This document shows positions 49,944 through 59,211 of a stretch of DNA of 64,000 nt, piece after piece. A program made the translations under genes and the position numbers. The DNA is from Erysipelotrichaceae bacterium (GTDB taxonomy: Bacteria; Bacillota_I; Bacilli_A; Erysipelotrichales; Erysipelotrichaceae), in NCBI GenBank assembly GCA_033808805.1, contig JAPXMY010000004.1, forward strand, positions 6,241 through 70,240. The letters run 5' to 3'. The notes below the pieces were generated by a model. That model was not told where the DNA came from. It worked only from the letters and a program-made list of their open reading frames with translations, and searched no databases. Within the stretch, counting starts at the first letter, position 1, and the number at the start of each line of letters is the position of its first letter.

Positions 49944-50339
49944 ATGACTGCAAAGAAAAGAGCAACAGCTAGAAGACGTAGAGTTAGAAAGAATATTGCC
50001 AAAGGTGTCGCTCATATTCATTCTACTTTCAACAATACAATCGTTACAATCTGTGACGAACAAGGAAATGCAGTAGCATGGTCAAGTGCTGGTGCATTGG
50101 GATATAAAGGTTCACGTAAATCAACACCATTTGCTGCTCAACAGGCTGCAGAAGCTGCTGCTAAAGCGGCGATGGAATTCGGAATGAAATCAGTTGATGT
50201 TAACGTTAAGGGACCTGGTCCAGGAAGAGAATCTGCAATCAGAAGTTTACAGGTTGCAGGTTTAGACATCAGTTCAATTAATGATGTAACACCAATTCCA
50301 CACAATGGATGTCGTCCACCAAAACGTCCACGTGGTTAA
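49944..50339 (+). CDS. rpsK: 30S ribosomal protein S11
   Basis: [16 protein letters not shown]...[15 protein letters not shown]. Confidence 0.97.
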   Translation: MTAKKRATARRRRVRKNIAKGVAHIHSTFNNTIVTICDEQGNAVAWSSAGALGYKGSRKSTPFAAQQAAEAAAKAAMEFGMKSVDVNVKGPGPGRESAIRSLQVAGLDISSINDVTPIPHNGCRPPKRPRG

Positions 50340-50361
50340 AACAATAAAGGAGGAATAGTTG

Positions 50362-51324
50362 ATGCAACAATTTGAAAGAGCAGAATTAGAAGTTCAAGAA
50401 TATATTGAAGATGAGCATTATGGCAAATTTGAGTTTGGACCTCTGGAAAGAGGATTTGGAACTACAATCGGTAATGCAATACGTCGCGTATTATTGGCTG
50501 CTATGCCAGGTGGTGCTGTATATTCAATCAAAATTGATGGAATTTACCACGAATTTACAGCTATTCCAGGAATCGTTGAAGACGTTACTGCTATCATCCT
50601 AAATTTGAAAAACATGGTGTTAAAAATTGAAGATGAAGAAGATTACACATTAAGACTTAATGTAACTGGTCCTGCTACGGTAACAGCTGGAGATATTGTA
50701 TGTCCTACATATGTTACAGTATTGAATCCAGATTTAGTAATCTGTCACATCTCAGAAGGTGGAAAACTTGAGATGGAAATGAAAGCGCGTAAAGGTAGAG
50801 GTTACTTAAGTGCTGAGGAAAATAAGGCTTTATATCAAAGCTCTTCACAGGGGATTGGAACAATCTATACTGATTCAATCTTTACACCAGTAACTAAAGC
50901 TACTTATGAAGTCAATCCTACACGTGTTAATCAGAGTGCTAAGTATGACAATTTAACGCTTGAAGTTTGGACTAATGGTTCAATTCATCCGCAAGAAGCA
51001 GTGGCACTGGCAAGTAAAATTTTAACTGATCATTTAGTTCTATTGACTGAAATCAACCCATGTGTTTTAGAACTGGGAGACAGTATTAAAGAAACAAGTA
51101 CAGTTGAAGTTCCAGATGAAACAGATCGTAACATCGAAGAATTAGAACTTAATAACCGTGCTGTTAACTGCTTAAAACGTGCAAATATTCATACGGTAAA
51201 TCAACTGTGTTCAAAATCAGAAGATTATATCTCAAAACTGAAAAACTGCGGTAAGAAAACTGTTGAAGAAATTAAAGATGCACTACATAGAGTTGGCAGA
51301 GAACTTAACAAATCTGAAATTTAA
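50362..51324 (+). CDS. rpoA: DNA-directed RNA polymerase alpha subunit
   Basis: GPLERGFGTTIGNAIRRVLL N-terminal domain and a C-terminal domain with ELELNNRAVNCLKRANI. ATG 50362 (the TTG at 50359 is less likely). Confidence 0.96.
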   Translation: MQQFERAELEVQEYIEDEHYGKFEFGPLERGFGTTIGNAIRRVLLAAMPGGAVYSIKIDGIYHEFTAIPGIVEDVTAIILNLKNMVLKIEDEEDYTLRLNVTGPATVTAGDIVCPTYVTVLNPDLVICHISEGGKLEMEMKARKGRGYLSAEENKALYQSSSQGIGTIYTDSIFTPVTKATYEVNPTRVNQSAKYDNLTLEVWTNGSIHPQEAVALASKILTDHLVLLTEINPCVLELGDSIKETSTVEVPDETDRNIEELELNNRAVNCLKRANIHTVNQLCSKSEDYISKLKNCGKKTVEEIKDALHRVGRELNKSEI

Positions 51325-51348
51325 AATAGGTAGAGGGAGTGAGCTAAT

Positions 51349-51714
51349 ATGCAAAATCGTAAATTAGGACGCACATCTGATCATCGTAAGGCATTATTAC
51401 GTAATTTAGCTACAGATATGATCGTTCATGAAAAAATAAATACCACCGAAATGAAAGCTAAAGAATTAAGAACTGTTGTTGATGAACTGGTTACTTTAGC
51501 AAAAAAAGGTGATTTACATTCACGTCGTAGAGCAGCCAGAGTTGTAAGAAATGTCATCGCTGACAAGGCAACTGGCAAAACAGCTTTACAGAAATTATTT
51601 GAAGAAATTGGACCACGTTTCGCAGAAACCAATGGCGGTTACACAAGAGTTGTAAAAACTACCGTTAGAAGAGGCGATGCAGCTCCAATGGCGTATATTG
51701 AATTTACAAAATAA
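51349..51714 (+). CDS. rplQ: 50S ribosomal protein L17
   Basis: [21 protein letters not shown]...GGYTRV. Confidence 0.97.
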   Translation: MQNRKLGRTSDHRKALLRNLATDMIVHEKINTTEMKAKELRTVVDELVTLAKKGDLHSRRRAARVVRNVIADKATGKTALQKLFEEIGPRFAETNGGYTRVVKTTVRRGDAAPMAYIEFTK

Positions 51715-51733
51715 TCATATATAGATAAAGTAA

Positions 51734-51790
51734 AAAAAAGAAGCTAGCAAAAACTTAAGAAATCAAGTGAGAGAGCAGCTTCTTTTTTGT
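51734..51790 (+). terminator. Probable terminator of the alpha operon (large-loop hairpin)
   Basis: 12-bp stem aaaaaagaagct / agcttctttttt with a 31-nt loop and a T-run. Confidence 0.5.
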
Positions 51791-52012
51791 TGGGTATTTT
51801 ATTTTTAAGAAATGCTTGATGACAAAAAGATAAAATACACAGATAAAGTAATATTAGTATCAAAAAACAATTGAATGTGAAATTCTTAGAATATTTTTAA
51901 CAGGATTTGAGTAAGTCTTGAAAAGAATAAAAAATACACATAATAAAATTTCCGTGTTAATATGGATATATAGTTATATTTTTAATAATAATGATAGGAG
52001 TTAAAGGGGTAT

Positions 52013-53209
52013 ATGAAAAAAATAATAATAAGTTTATTGAGTTTATTACTTGTTTTAAGTTTAACAGGGTGTGATGATATAAAAATACGCCCTGATAAAC
52101 CTGAGTTAGCTGTATTGAATGCAGATACAGCTGTAAAATATGTAAAAGGTCTTTATTCTGATGCCAGAATAACCAGGTGGATGGGACCTGTAGAGAATTT
52201 ACTTCATTTGAAAGCATCATTTACTTATGATGTTGAGGCATTTAAAATATTTATCGATGCAGACGAATTTGAAAAAGTAGAAAAAAATAAATGTGGTTTT
52301 TCTGTTGAAACATTTCAAAAAAGGATAGATGAAATATTCGGCAAGGATAGATTCAGAGTGCAGGATTTATTTAAAGATGAACTTGACGATGGTTATGTGA
52401 TGTTCAAAGTAAACCCTGACGCTACAAAGTTTCCTGAAATAAAAGCGATCAGCTATTCAGCTTTAGAAGTAAAAGAGCACTATGTTGTAGTGGAAAGATT
52501 ATCAGAATATGATGTCTCATATGAAGGCAAGAATTACAATGTAAAATTAAGAGATTTAATTGTTGTTTATTCAACTTTAGAAGGATTAAAGGTTTGGGAT
52601 TGTCAATCTGGATTAATTGATTCAGATTTAGAGTTGAACTATTTTCCTCCATTACCACAAAAAGAAGTTCCTGAAGAAAATACCAGTTGGATAGACATGA
52701 CATTTACATTAGAAGATATAGTATTCAATTATCCTTGGTCAGTTAAAATGTTGGAAGAAGTTAGCTGGGTATGCTGTAATGATCCTACAATGACTATTAA
52801 AGCGGGTGAAGGATTATATACTTATATGGATTATCCTAAGTATGCTGGTTATGTAGAAACTATCTTCATGACTTTACAGGTTAAGAATTATTCAGATGAA
52901 GATACAATATTGAGAAATTGTTTTGCCTGGAGTATAAAGTTTGAAATAATGGCCAACAATAGAACAAAAGAAATAGTTGATGAACCATATAGACTTGTAC
53001 TGGCTAATGGAATTACCTGGGGTTCGACAGAAGAAGAAATTATTGAAGCTTATGGTGAGCCTCAATCACTAATGGATGGAAATGATGGCAGCAGCTATAC
53101 AAAAATAGAGTACGAATATTTTGATGGTCAATATAGATGCGCGATGGTATTCTGGTTGAGAGATCATATTGGATTATATGAAATAGAGTTAAAGAAGTAT
53201 ATATATTAA
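52013..53209 (+). CDS. Lipoprotein of unknown function
   Basis: Signal peptide with lipobox LSLTGC. 398 aa. I recognised no family motif. Confidence 0.75.
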   Translation: MKKIIISLLSLLLVLSLTGCDDIKIRPDKPELAVLNADTAVKYVKGLYSDARITRWMGPVENLLHLKASFTYDVEAFKIFIDADEFEKVEKNKCGFSVETFQKRIDEIFGKDRFRVQDLFKDELDDGYVMFKVNPDATKFPEIKAISYSALEVKEHYVVVERLSEYDVSYEGKNYNVKLRDLIVVYSTLEGLKVWDCQSGLIDSDLELNYFPPLPQKEVPEENTSWIDMTFTLEDIVFNYPWSVKMLEEVSWVCCNDPTMTIKAGEGLYTYMDYPKYAGYVETIFMTLQVKNYSDEDTILRNCFAWSIKFEIMANNRTKEIVDEPYRLVLANGITWGSTEEEIIEAYGEPQSLMDGNDGSSYTKIEYEYFDGQYRCAMVFWLRDHIGLYEIELKKYIY

Positions 53210-53423
53210 AAAGTTAAAACTTTATAGAAAATTAACATTTTTAAGATTAATATAATGATTATTTTCTTTATTAAGAAAAAATGTTTTAGTTGTGTCTTTT
53301 TGTCAGCAAAAGGACCTATAATTAACTTTAGCGGTGCCCTGTTCCAAGTGACTATGTTCATAAGGGTTCATACAAAAAAATAAAAAACTTGTTTTATCTT
53401 TTTAAAATTGTCGATATAAGATT

Positions 53424-53453
53424 AAAAAGGCAAGATTATATGTTCTTGCCTTT
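53424..53453 (-). terminator. Rho-independent terminator of the 822-aa gene
   Basis: 10-bp stem aaaggcaaga / tcttgccttt. On the minus strand it is followed by a T-run. It begins 4 nt after the stop codon. Confidence 0.65.
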
Positions 53454-53457
53454 AAAA

Positions 53458-55926
53458 CTATCTTTTGGTTCCAATATCATAATTCGTTATAACTATTGAG
53501 TCAACAACATTTTTGACAGAGTCAAATAATGTAACATATCCTTTTAAAGACTTGGCCTTTACTTTTAGAATTTCTGATCTGGGGTTGATAAATATTTTTG
53601 TTTTTCCTTTTCCATTTTTAGCTTCCTGTACCAGGTTGGCAACAGCTGAATTGCCATCAAAGGCAAATAGAAACGAATTTCTTCTTTCGAATATTTCATA
53701 ATTAAAAGATTTATATATTCCCATTTCCTGAGATTCAATAGATAGTCTGATACCGGTAATATCAGCTTTAGAAAGCGCAGCTGCCTGAGACTTATCCATT
53801 AGAGAGGGGATAATGCAATAGATATCAAAATTGCGTCTATTATTATTTAACAAATATCTTTCATAGGCTAACAGTTTGTGGCCGATTACAAAGAATACTT
53901 TTTCTGGGTCCAGTCTGTTTAACATTGAACGGATTAAACGTCTATCGAAATCTGTTATTTTAATTGCTTTATCATCAGTGGTAAAGCTGGCACCAGCAAT
54001 AATAATGGGGAATTTATCCCAAGGCAATTCTTTGATTTTTTCTTTAAAAATTGGATAAGAAGGCACTTTATTAATTTCAAATTTTACTTTATTTTCTGTT
54101 GTAGCATTTTCAAATAATTCAGTGTAGTATTGTTCAACGGATTTATCTTTTCGCTGTTTGTTAAATTGTTTTGATTTGTATAAAAATGCCTTTTGACTTC
54201 TTTCAATAATTTCTTTTTCTGTTTTTTTCATTGTTCTGAATTGATTATCAGTTACTTTTAAAAGATTCATTAAGGCTAATTGTTCATCAATGCTATCTGT
54301 GCCATATAAACCACAACCATCAGTGCCCATAACGCATTTGATATCATTTTCTAAATATGTTTTAAGTGGATGAGCGGATAAGTCAGTCAAGTTATTTAAT
54401 CTGACATTACTCGTTATTTGGAATTCCAAGACAACATTTTTATTTTTAAGTGTGTTTAATAACCTTTTACCTTTGACTGATTTTAAATCATCGGAATAGA
54501 TACCGTGTCCAATTCGAACATAAGGAAACTGTTGATTTTCATTCAGTGAATCTTCAATCAACTCTATAGCCTTAGCCATATTATCTTTTAGGGAATCGTT
54601 TTCACCAGCATGCACTCTGATGGTCCAGTGTTTATCCTTATTGGCAATAGTTGAAACTATTTCTCTAATTACCGACTTTAATTCGCTGATGTCGTTTATT
54701 TCTTCACCGACAAAATCACTGCCAACGACATATGGGTCTTTGCTGACAATTTTTAAGACACTCATTGCTTCCGTCAAATAGTTAGCTGATTGAATGTCAT
54801 CTCTAACCAAAGTTAAAGGGATTCTTCTAATAGCTGCTAAAAATCTGATGTCAACACCAGTTTCTTTTTTAGCAAGAGGCAGAATGTGATGAATCTGTTT
54901 AAGCAAATCAATAGCTGATTGCTCTTTTTTAACTAAAGTAGTATCACTTATTTCTACATAATTGATTTGTTGAGCCTGGTAACTTCTGGCTATCCATAAC
55001 AGCTTATCTTCAAAGAAGGTTAATTCACGATAGTTTTTATTATTATAATCTTTGAGCATCCTGACTAAATAACGATAAACATCAACATCCTGAAGTTTTT
55101 CAAAATTGGTTAGAGGAATTCTATAGGCACTTAATTTAGGTTTAGTGAAGACATAACGATATAAGTAAAGCTTTTCCAGATTAGTAAAAACTGCCTGTGA
55201 ATCTTTTAAAATAGCCAGAGAATTTCTTATTTTAGAAATGTTTTCCACAGAGTTTTCCAAGTTTAGAAGAATTAAGTCAGCAAAGTTGATAAAAGTATTA
55301 TCGTCAATTTTTCTATTCAGGTGTTTATCGGATAAAGAAGAATCAATGACTGTTAAAGCTACCTGCTCTCTTTGTTTTTCCAACATGTGATACTGTCCAT
55401 CAGATAGTTTTAAATTTAATTTTTTTACATAATAGTATGGATAATCTATCTGATGCTTAATACCTAAAGCAATTAAGGCATCAGGAGTCAGGTTAGCATT
55501 GGCATGAGTGTGCAAATCGGTTCTTAGTTTGATGTCTTCTAAGATATAAGACTTTATCAAAGTGTCTCTAATATCAAAATTGTATTCTTTGGTTTGCGAC
55601 ATCAGTGTTTTAGAAATAGCTGGCACAAGAGCATTGATTTCTACTTTACCATTGGGATAGATGTTGGCTATCTTGGTTTCATTCAGTCTAAAGACATAAA
55701 CTCTTTGTCCATCACCTTTGATGAAACAGGGGATAGTTCCTTTTATTACCAAACGATTATTTTGATGAACAGTTTTCTGATTTAAGACTTTGGCTAAATT
55801 GACAATCAGATTATCTGTTTTATGATTTGGAGTAAAAAGGCAATAAGAAAGGATATGTTTGGACATATCTAAGTTTATTGCTATATCTTTCTCTTTATCT
55901 AAATAAAACTTACCAAAGTGACTCAT
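53458..55926 (-). CDS. Multidomain protein: unknown N-terminal domain + adenosine-deaminase-fold catalytic core + C-terminal LOG/SLOG-like Rossmann domain
   Basis: ADA motifs in order: DLHTH (aa 137-141), VGSDFVGEE (400-408), RVHAGE (437-442), RIGHG (471-475), ITSN (504-507), GTDG (534-537). The C-terminus (aa ~636-812) has PIIIAGAS, VFFVIGH, FDIYCIIPS and FAFDGNSAVANLVQE in LOG-family order. Confidence 0.8.
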   Translation of the reverse strand: MSHFGKFYLDKEKDIAINLDMSKHILSYCLFTPNHKTDNLIVNLAKVLNQKTVHQNNRLVIKGTIPCFIKGDGQRVYVFRLNETKIANIYPNGKVEINALVPAISKTLMSQTKEYNFDIRDTLIKSYILEDIKLRTDLHTHANANLTPDALIALGIKHQIDYPYYYVKKLNLKLSDGQYHMLEKQREQVALTVIDSSLSDKHLNRKIDDNTFINFADLILLNLENSVENISKIRNSLAILKDSQAVFTNLEKLYLYRYVFTKPKLSAYRIPLTNFEKLQDVDVYRYLVRMLKDYNNKNYRELTFFEDKLLWIARSYQAQQINYVEISDTTLVKKEQSAIDLLKQIHHILPLAKKETGVDIRFLAAIRRIPLTLVRDDIQSANYLTEAMSVLKIVSKDPYVVGSDFVGEEINDISELKSVIREIVSTIANKDKHWTIRVHAGENDSLKDNMAKAIELIEDSLNENQQFPYVRIGHGIYSDDLKSVKGKRLLNTLKNKNVVLEFQITSNVRLNNLTDLSAHPLKTYLENDIKCVMGTDGCGLYGTDSIDEQLALMNLLKVTDNQFRTMKKTEKEIIERSQKAFLYKSKQFNKQRKDKSVEQYYTELFENATTENKVKFEINKVPSYPIFKEKIKELPWDKFPIIIAGASFTTDDKAIKITDFDRRLIRSMLNRLDPEKVFFVIGHKLLAYERYLLNNNRRNFDIYCIIPSLMDKSQAAALSKADITGIRLSIESQEMGIYKSFNYEIFERRNSFLFAFDGNSAVANLVQEAKNGKGKTKIFINPRSEILKVKAKSLKGYVTLFDSVKNVVDSIVITNYDIGTKR

Positions 55927-55956
55927 CTTTAAAATTGATTATTTAAAGTATAGTAT

Positions 55957-55988
55957 AAAGAAAAACTGATAACAACCAGTTTTTCTTT
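55957..55988 (-). terminator. Rho-independent terminator of the upstream (minus-strand) hypothetical gene
   Basis: Perfect 12-bp stem aaagaaaaactg / cagtttttcttt, 8-nt loop, 3 nt after the stop at 55992. Confidence 0.65.
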
Positions 55989-55991
55989 ATT

Positions 55992-57020
55992 TTAAAATTT
56001 ATTGTGAACTTTTTCAGCAAATCCTATTTGGCCAGTCAGTGAAATGAGGGTTCCATCATCTAATATACAGTCACCATAAAATCTTCCAAAGACCTGATGC
56101 TGGTCGGATTTAAGTATTATAATGTCTGTACAGCTGGCTCTATCAATAATAGGTTCAAAGCGCAATGTCAAGCGATTATCATTGCTGGTAAAATTCCAGG
56201 TTCCATAGTAATCGTCTTTGCCATCTTTAGTCGGTAAACCAAAATCAACTTTATCCAGTTTGTGAGCTTTTCCTTTATAGAACAGCATGTTTTCAGTAGC
56301 TGCTGATGTGTTTCCAAATCCATATCCCAGGTTGAAACCAAAAGGCTGGCCATCAACATAGGTGCTTAGTGAAGCCCAAAACCAGGTGTTATCATAAGTC
56401 CATATCCCTCTTCCCCAGTCCAAGACAGCTGCAGAATCTTTCTTGTTAAAGACATATTCATCATCTCCGATAGAGACAATACCGCTGGCTGCCATACAAT
56501 TCAATTTCTGGTTGTAATAGAAGTGTCCAGGTTTATCAAAAGGTGTCGCAATAACCATGCTTTCCGCTGGTATATCTGTTAATTCAACACTGAAATTAAT
56601 AGTTTTCTTGTCTTTAAAATTATTCATGTAACCAGACAGGATTCTTTTATTGCCTTCATTTCTAAAGGAGATATTATATTTCTTATTGCCATAACTTATA
56701 TCACCGGTAACTGAAGTTCTAGGGAAATTTTTCTTACCCAGGGTTAAAAGCTGCATTGGTGATTTGGTGACTTCCCACTTTTCATTGAAATCAATGAAAG
56801 ATACAGAATCAAGACCCATATAACCATTATCAGCCAAAGTAAGACAGAGGGCAAATTTATCATTCGAGATACAATAGTAATCCCATTCTTTAGTTTTAAA
56901 ACGAGTCTTGAGATCGGTTTTCTTATTGTAGATCGGTAACATCTTTTTAGCATAACCAGGTTCTATTAAATTATTATTTTCATCCAACAGATTACCTGCA
57001 GTAGTAATTTCATGTTGCAT
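55992..57020 (-). CDS. Conserved hypothetical, predominantly beta protein (DUF2804-like, assigned from memory)
   Basis: ATG 57020 follows GAGGAGAG. The track start at 57110 adds a low-complexity extension. 342 aa, no signal peptide. Confidence 0.6.
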   Translation of the reverse strand: MQHEITTAGNLLDENNNLIEPGYAKKMLPIYNKKTDLKTRFKTKEWDYYCISNDKFALCLTLADNGYMGLDSVSFIDFNEKWEVTKSPMQLLTLGKKNFPRTSVTGDISYGNKKYNISFRNEGNKRILSGYMNNFKDKKTINFSVELTDIPAESMVIATPFDKPGHFYYNQKLNCMAASGIVSIGDDEYVFNKKDSAAVLDWGRGIWTYDNTWFWASLSTYVDGQPFGFNLGYGFGNTSAATENMLFYKGKAHKLDKVDFGLPTKDGKDDYYGTWNFTSNDNRLTLRFEPIIDRASCTDIIILKSDQHQVFGRFYGDCILDDGTLISLTGQIGFAEKVHNKF

Positions 57021-57210
57021 ATTATAGCTCTCCTCTCTATATAAAAATAATACCATATAATCAAGTTGAAAAAATGTTGAAAATAAAATAAAAAATGTAA
57101 ATGATTTCATACAAATTTCATAATTATATAGTTTAATATAATTGTAATAGAGGAATTTCTCTCGTTTCCCCCTTCTTGAGTAATAAATATTTCAAAAATA
57201 ATGGTGTCTA

Positions 57211-57239
57211 TTGACACCTTTATTTTGTGATAATATGAT
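57211..57239 (+). promoter_or_regulatory. Candidate sigma-A promoter of the PPC-domain gene
   Basis: TTGACA (57211-57216), 17-nt spacer, TATGAT (57234-57239). Confidence 0.35.
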
Positions 57240-57256
57240 TAAATCAGGTGATGAAA

Positions 57257-57658
57257 ATGATTTTGGTTAAAAGACTGCAATATGGAAATGATTTAAAAAG
57301 AGAAATAGAAAACTTATGTTATGAAAATAATATCACCAGTGCAGTTGTAATCTCTTCAGTTGGCTGTGTCTACAAGGCAACGATCAGGCTTGCTGATGGT
57401 AAAACGATTAGAGAATACAACGATAACTATGAAATTTTGTCAGTTAATGGAACGATAAGTAAGGATGGCAGTCATTTACATATAAGTTTCAGTGATATAA
57501 ATGGTGACACATTTGGTGGCCATTTGTGTTATAATACCTTAGTTAATACGACCTGCGAATTAGTGCTGGCTGGTATTGACGAATATTCTTTTAAAAGAGA
57601 ATTTGATGAAAAGACAGGATATGATGAACTTGTCATCAATAAAAAGGAGGATTTTTAA
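57257..57658 (+). CDS. PPC (DUF296) domain protein
   Basis: SSVGCVYKATIRLADG...ILSVNGTIS...HLHISFSD...GGHL pattern of PPC/DUF296. ATG 57257 lies 6 nt after AGGTGA (57248 and 57251 are possible alternatives). Confidence 0.7.
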   Translation: MILVKRLQYGNDLKREIENLCYENNITSAVVISSVGCVYKATIRLADGKTIREYNDNYEILSVNGTISKDGSHLHISFSDINGDTFGGHLCYNTLVNTTCELVLAGIDEYSFKREFDEKTGYDELVINKKEDF

Positions 57659-57895
57659 ATGGATTTAACAAAATATTTCCCAGGATCAGCAGAGGCTAAA
57701 AAAAGCGTTTTACATTTAGTGGTAGTTTTAGTATTTTATGCTGTAGCAGTATGGGCTGCACAATTCTTGGCTGCTATCTTATCAATCATTCCATTAATTG
57801 GAGGTTTAGCTGGGTTAATTATCGGGATAGTTAGACTCTATATTGGTATAGCGGCTATCGTAGCATTTCTAGCATTCTTTAAAGTTGTTAAGTAA
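57659..57895 (+). CDS. Small membrane protein (two predicted TM helices)
   Basis: The ATG immediately follows the upstream stop. 78 aa with two long hydrophobic segments. Confidence 0.6.
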   Translation: MDLTKYFPGSAEAKKSVLHLVVVLVFYAVAVWAAQFLAAILSIIPLIGGLAGLIIGIVRLYIGIAAIVAFLAFFKVVK

Positions 57896-57898
57896 CTT

Positions 57899-57930
57899 AA
57901 AAAGCTCAATAATTTCTATTGAGCTTTTTT
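57899..57930. terminator. Bidirectional terminator between convergent genes
   Basis: Stem aaaaagctcaat / attgagcttttt, 7-nt loop. Confidence 0.65.
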
Positions 57931-57942
57931 ATGGTCGAATCT

Positions 57943-59136
57943 TTATTTATCTGAATAATCATCAAAGTATCCTTTGATAAGCACTACTGGTGTTCCTTTA
58001 TCTCCTGAACCACTGGTCAAATCACATAGTGAGCCAATCAGATCAGTCAATTGCCTTGGAGTTGTTCCCATGGTAGTTGGACTCTTCGATGGTTCATTCT
58101 CTTTTTCTCTAATAGCCGTTGAAATGGCTTCTTTTAATTTTTCACCAGAGAGGTTTTTGAAATTATTATCAGCCAGGTATTTTAGTTTGACTTCATTTGG
58201 TGTTCCTTGCAATCCATCTGTATAGGCTGGTGAAACAACAGGATCTGCCAACTCCCAGATTTTCCCTTTTGGATCCTTGAAAGCTCCATCACCATAAACC
58301 ATGACTTCAACATGTTTACCAGTTCGATCTAGTGTTTTCTTTTGGATATCCAAGACAAGATCTTGACACTGATAAGGAAACAGTTTAATGGTATTCTCTG
58401 TGGCAGCATTAGAACCCAATAAACCATATAGACCATTATAGCCAGAACCATTATGAGAAACAGTCAATATATCATCTAAGCCATAAATAGTTTCAGCTCC
58501 ATTTTCCTTAAGAATTCTTTTAGTTCTAAAACGGCTGTGAACATCACAGACCAAGACATCTTTAGTATAGTTTAAAATGACTTTCGGATTGTTGGCAAAA
58601 ATGATTTCAGCTTCACAGTCCTCATTTTCAATTACATCCTTATAATGAGTAATATAGTCTACACCAGTAAAAGGGTGAATGCTTTTCCCAAAAAGTTTAT
58701 GGTACTCTTCTAAGGTAAGGACATCACAGTAAGGATTGACATCTGAATGTTGCAGCTGATCACAGGTTAGAAGTTCATTACCAACTTCATCAGCAGGATA
58801 TGAAAGCATCAAGGTAATTTTCTTGGCGCCTTTGGCAATGCCTTTTAAATTTATCGCAAATCTGTTTCTGCTTAAAATAGGAAATATTACACCAATATGT
58901 CCTTTAGGAAATTTATTTTTAATATCAGCAGCAATGTCATCGACGCTGGCATAATTACCCTGAGCCCTGGCAACAATAGATTCAGTAATAGCGATAATAT
59001 CTCTATTATCTATGTTAAACCCCAGGCTTTCACAAGCCTCTAGGACACTATCGACGACAATTTCTGCTAAAGCATCATTTTTTCTAATTATTGGGCATCT
59101 TACTCCAATTGAAATTGTTCCTGTTTTTCTTTCCAT
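57943..59136 (-). CDS. CofE-like (F420-0:gamma-glutamyl ligase family) protein, long form
   Basis: ITESIVARAQG, LLGSNA, GDGAFKD, GTTPR and SGSGDKGTPVVLIKGY motifs. ATG 59136 follows GGGAGG. The track start at 59196 is an extension. Confidence 0.7.
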   Translation of the reverse strand: MERKTGTISIGVRCPIIRKNDALAEIVVDSVLEACESLGFNIDNRDIIAITESIVARAQGNYASVDDIAADIKNKFPKGHIGVIFPILSRNRFAINLKGIAKGAKKITLMLSYPADEVGNELLTCDQLQHSDVNPYCDVLTLEEYHKLFGKSIHPFTGVDYITHYKDVIENEDCEAEIIFANNPKVILNYTKDVLVCDVHSRFRTKRILKENGAETIYGLDDILTVSHNGSGYNGLYGLLGSNAATENTIKLFPYQCQDLVLDIQKKTLDRTGKHVEVMVYGDGAFKDPKGKIWELADPVVSPAYTDGLQGTPNEVKLKYLADNNFKNLSGEKLKEAISTAIREKENEPSKSPTTMGTTPRQLTDLIGSLCDLTSGSGDKGTPVVLIKGYFDDYSDK

Positions 59137-59211
59137 ATTGGTAACCTCCCTGCTTAAATAATATACCTTATTTTGCCTGAAACGACAACAACACAATTTT
59201 TTAATGTGTTG

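Noticed and set aside
50405-50602. A 65-aa alternative-frame ORF inside rpoA, and a similar one at 2470-2682 inside the oppA-like gene.
   Set aside because: Both are embedded in highly conserved coding sequence in another frame. There is no translation-initiation signal.
53458-55926. RADAR system (RdrB-like adenosine deaminase).
   Set aside because: No RdrA-like AAA+ ATPase gene is adjacent on either side. The neighbours are a lipoprotein gene and a beta-rich hypothetical gene, each with its own terminator. The C-terminal LOG/SLOG-like domain is not something I associate with RdrB. This protein is also not Cad1, because the N-terminus shows no Rossmann-like CARF pattern.
57203-57218. Hairpin ggtgtc-tatt-gacacc flanked by an A-run and a T-run, resembling a terminator.
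   Set aside because: No gene ends upstream of it on either strand. Its right arm is the TTGACA -35 box of the PPC-gene promoter, so the palindrome is probably incidental or an operator. I have no further support.
57943-59136. Evidence for coenzyme F420 biosynthesis, based on the CofE-like gene.
   Set aside because: No cofC, cofD, cofG, cofH or fbiC homologue is present in the window. The protein is about 150 aa longer than classical CofE. F420 production cannot be inferred from this gene alone.
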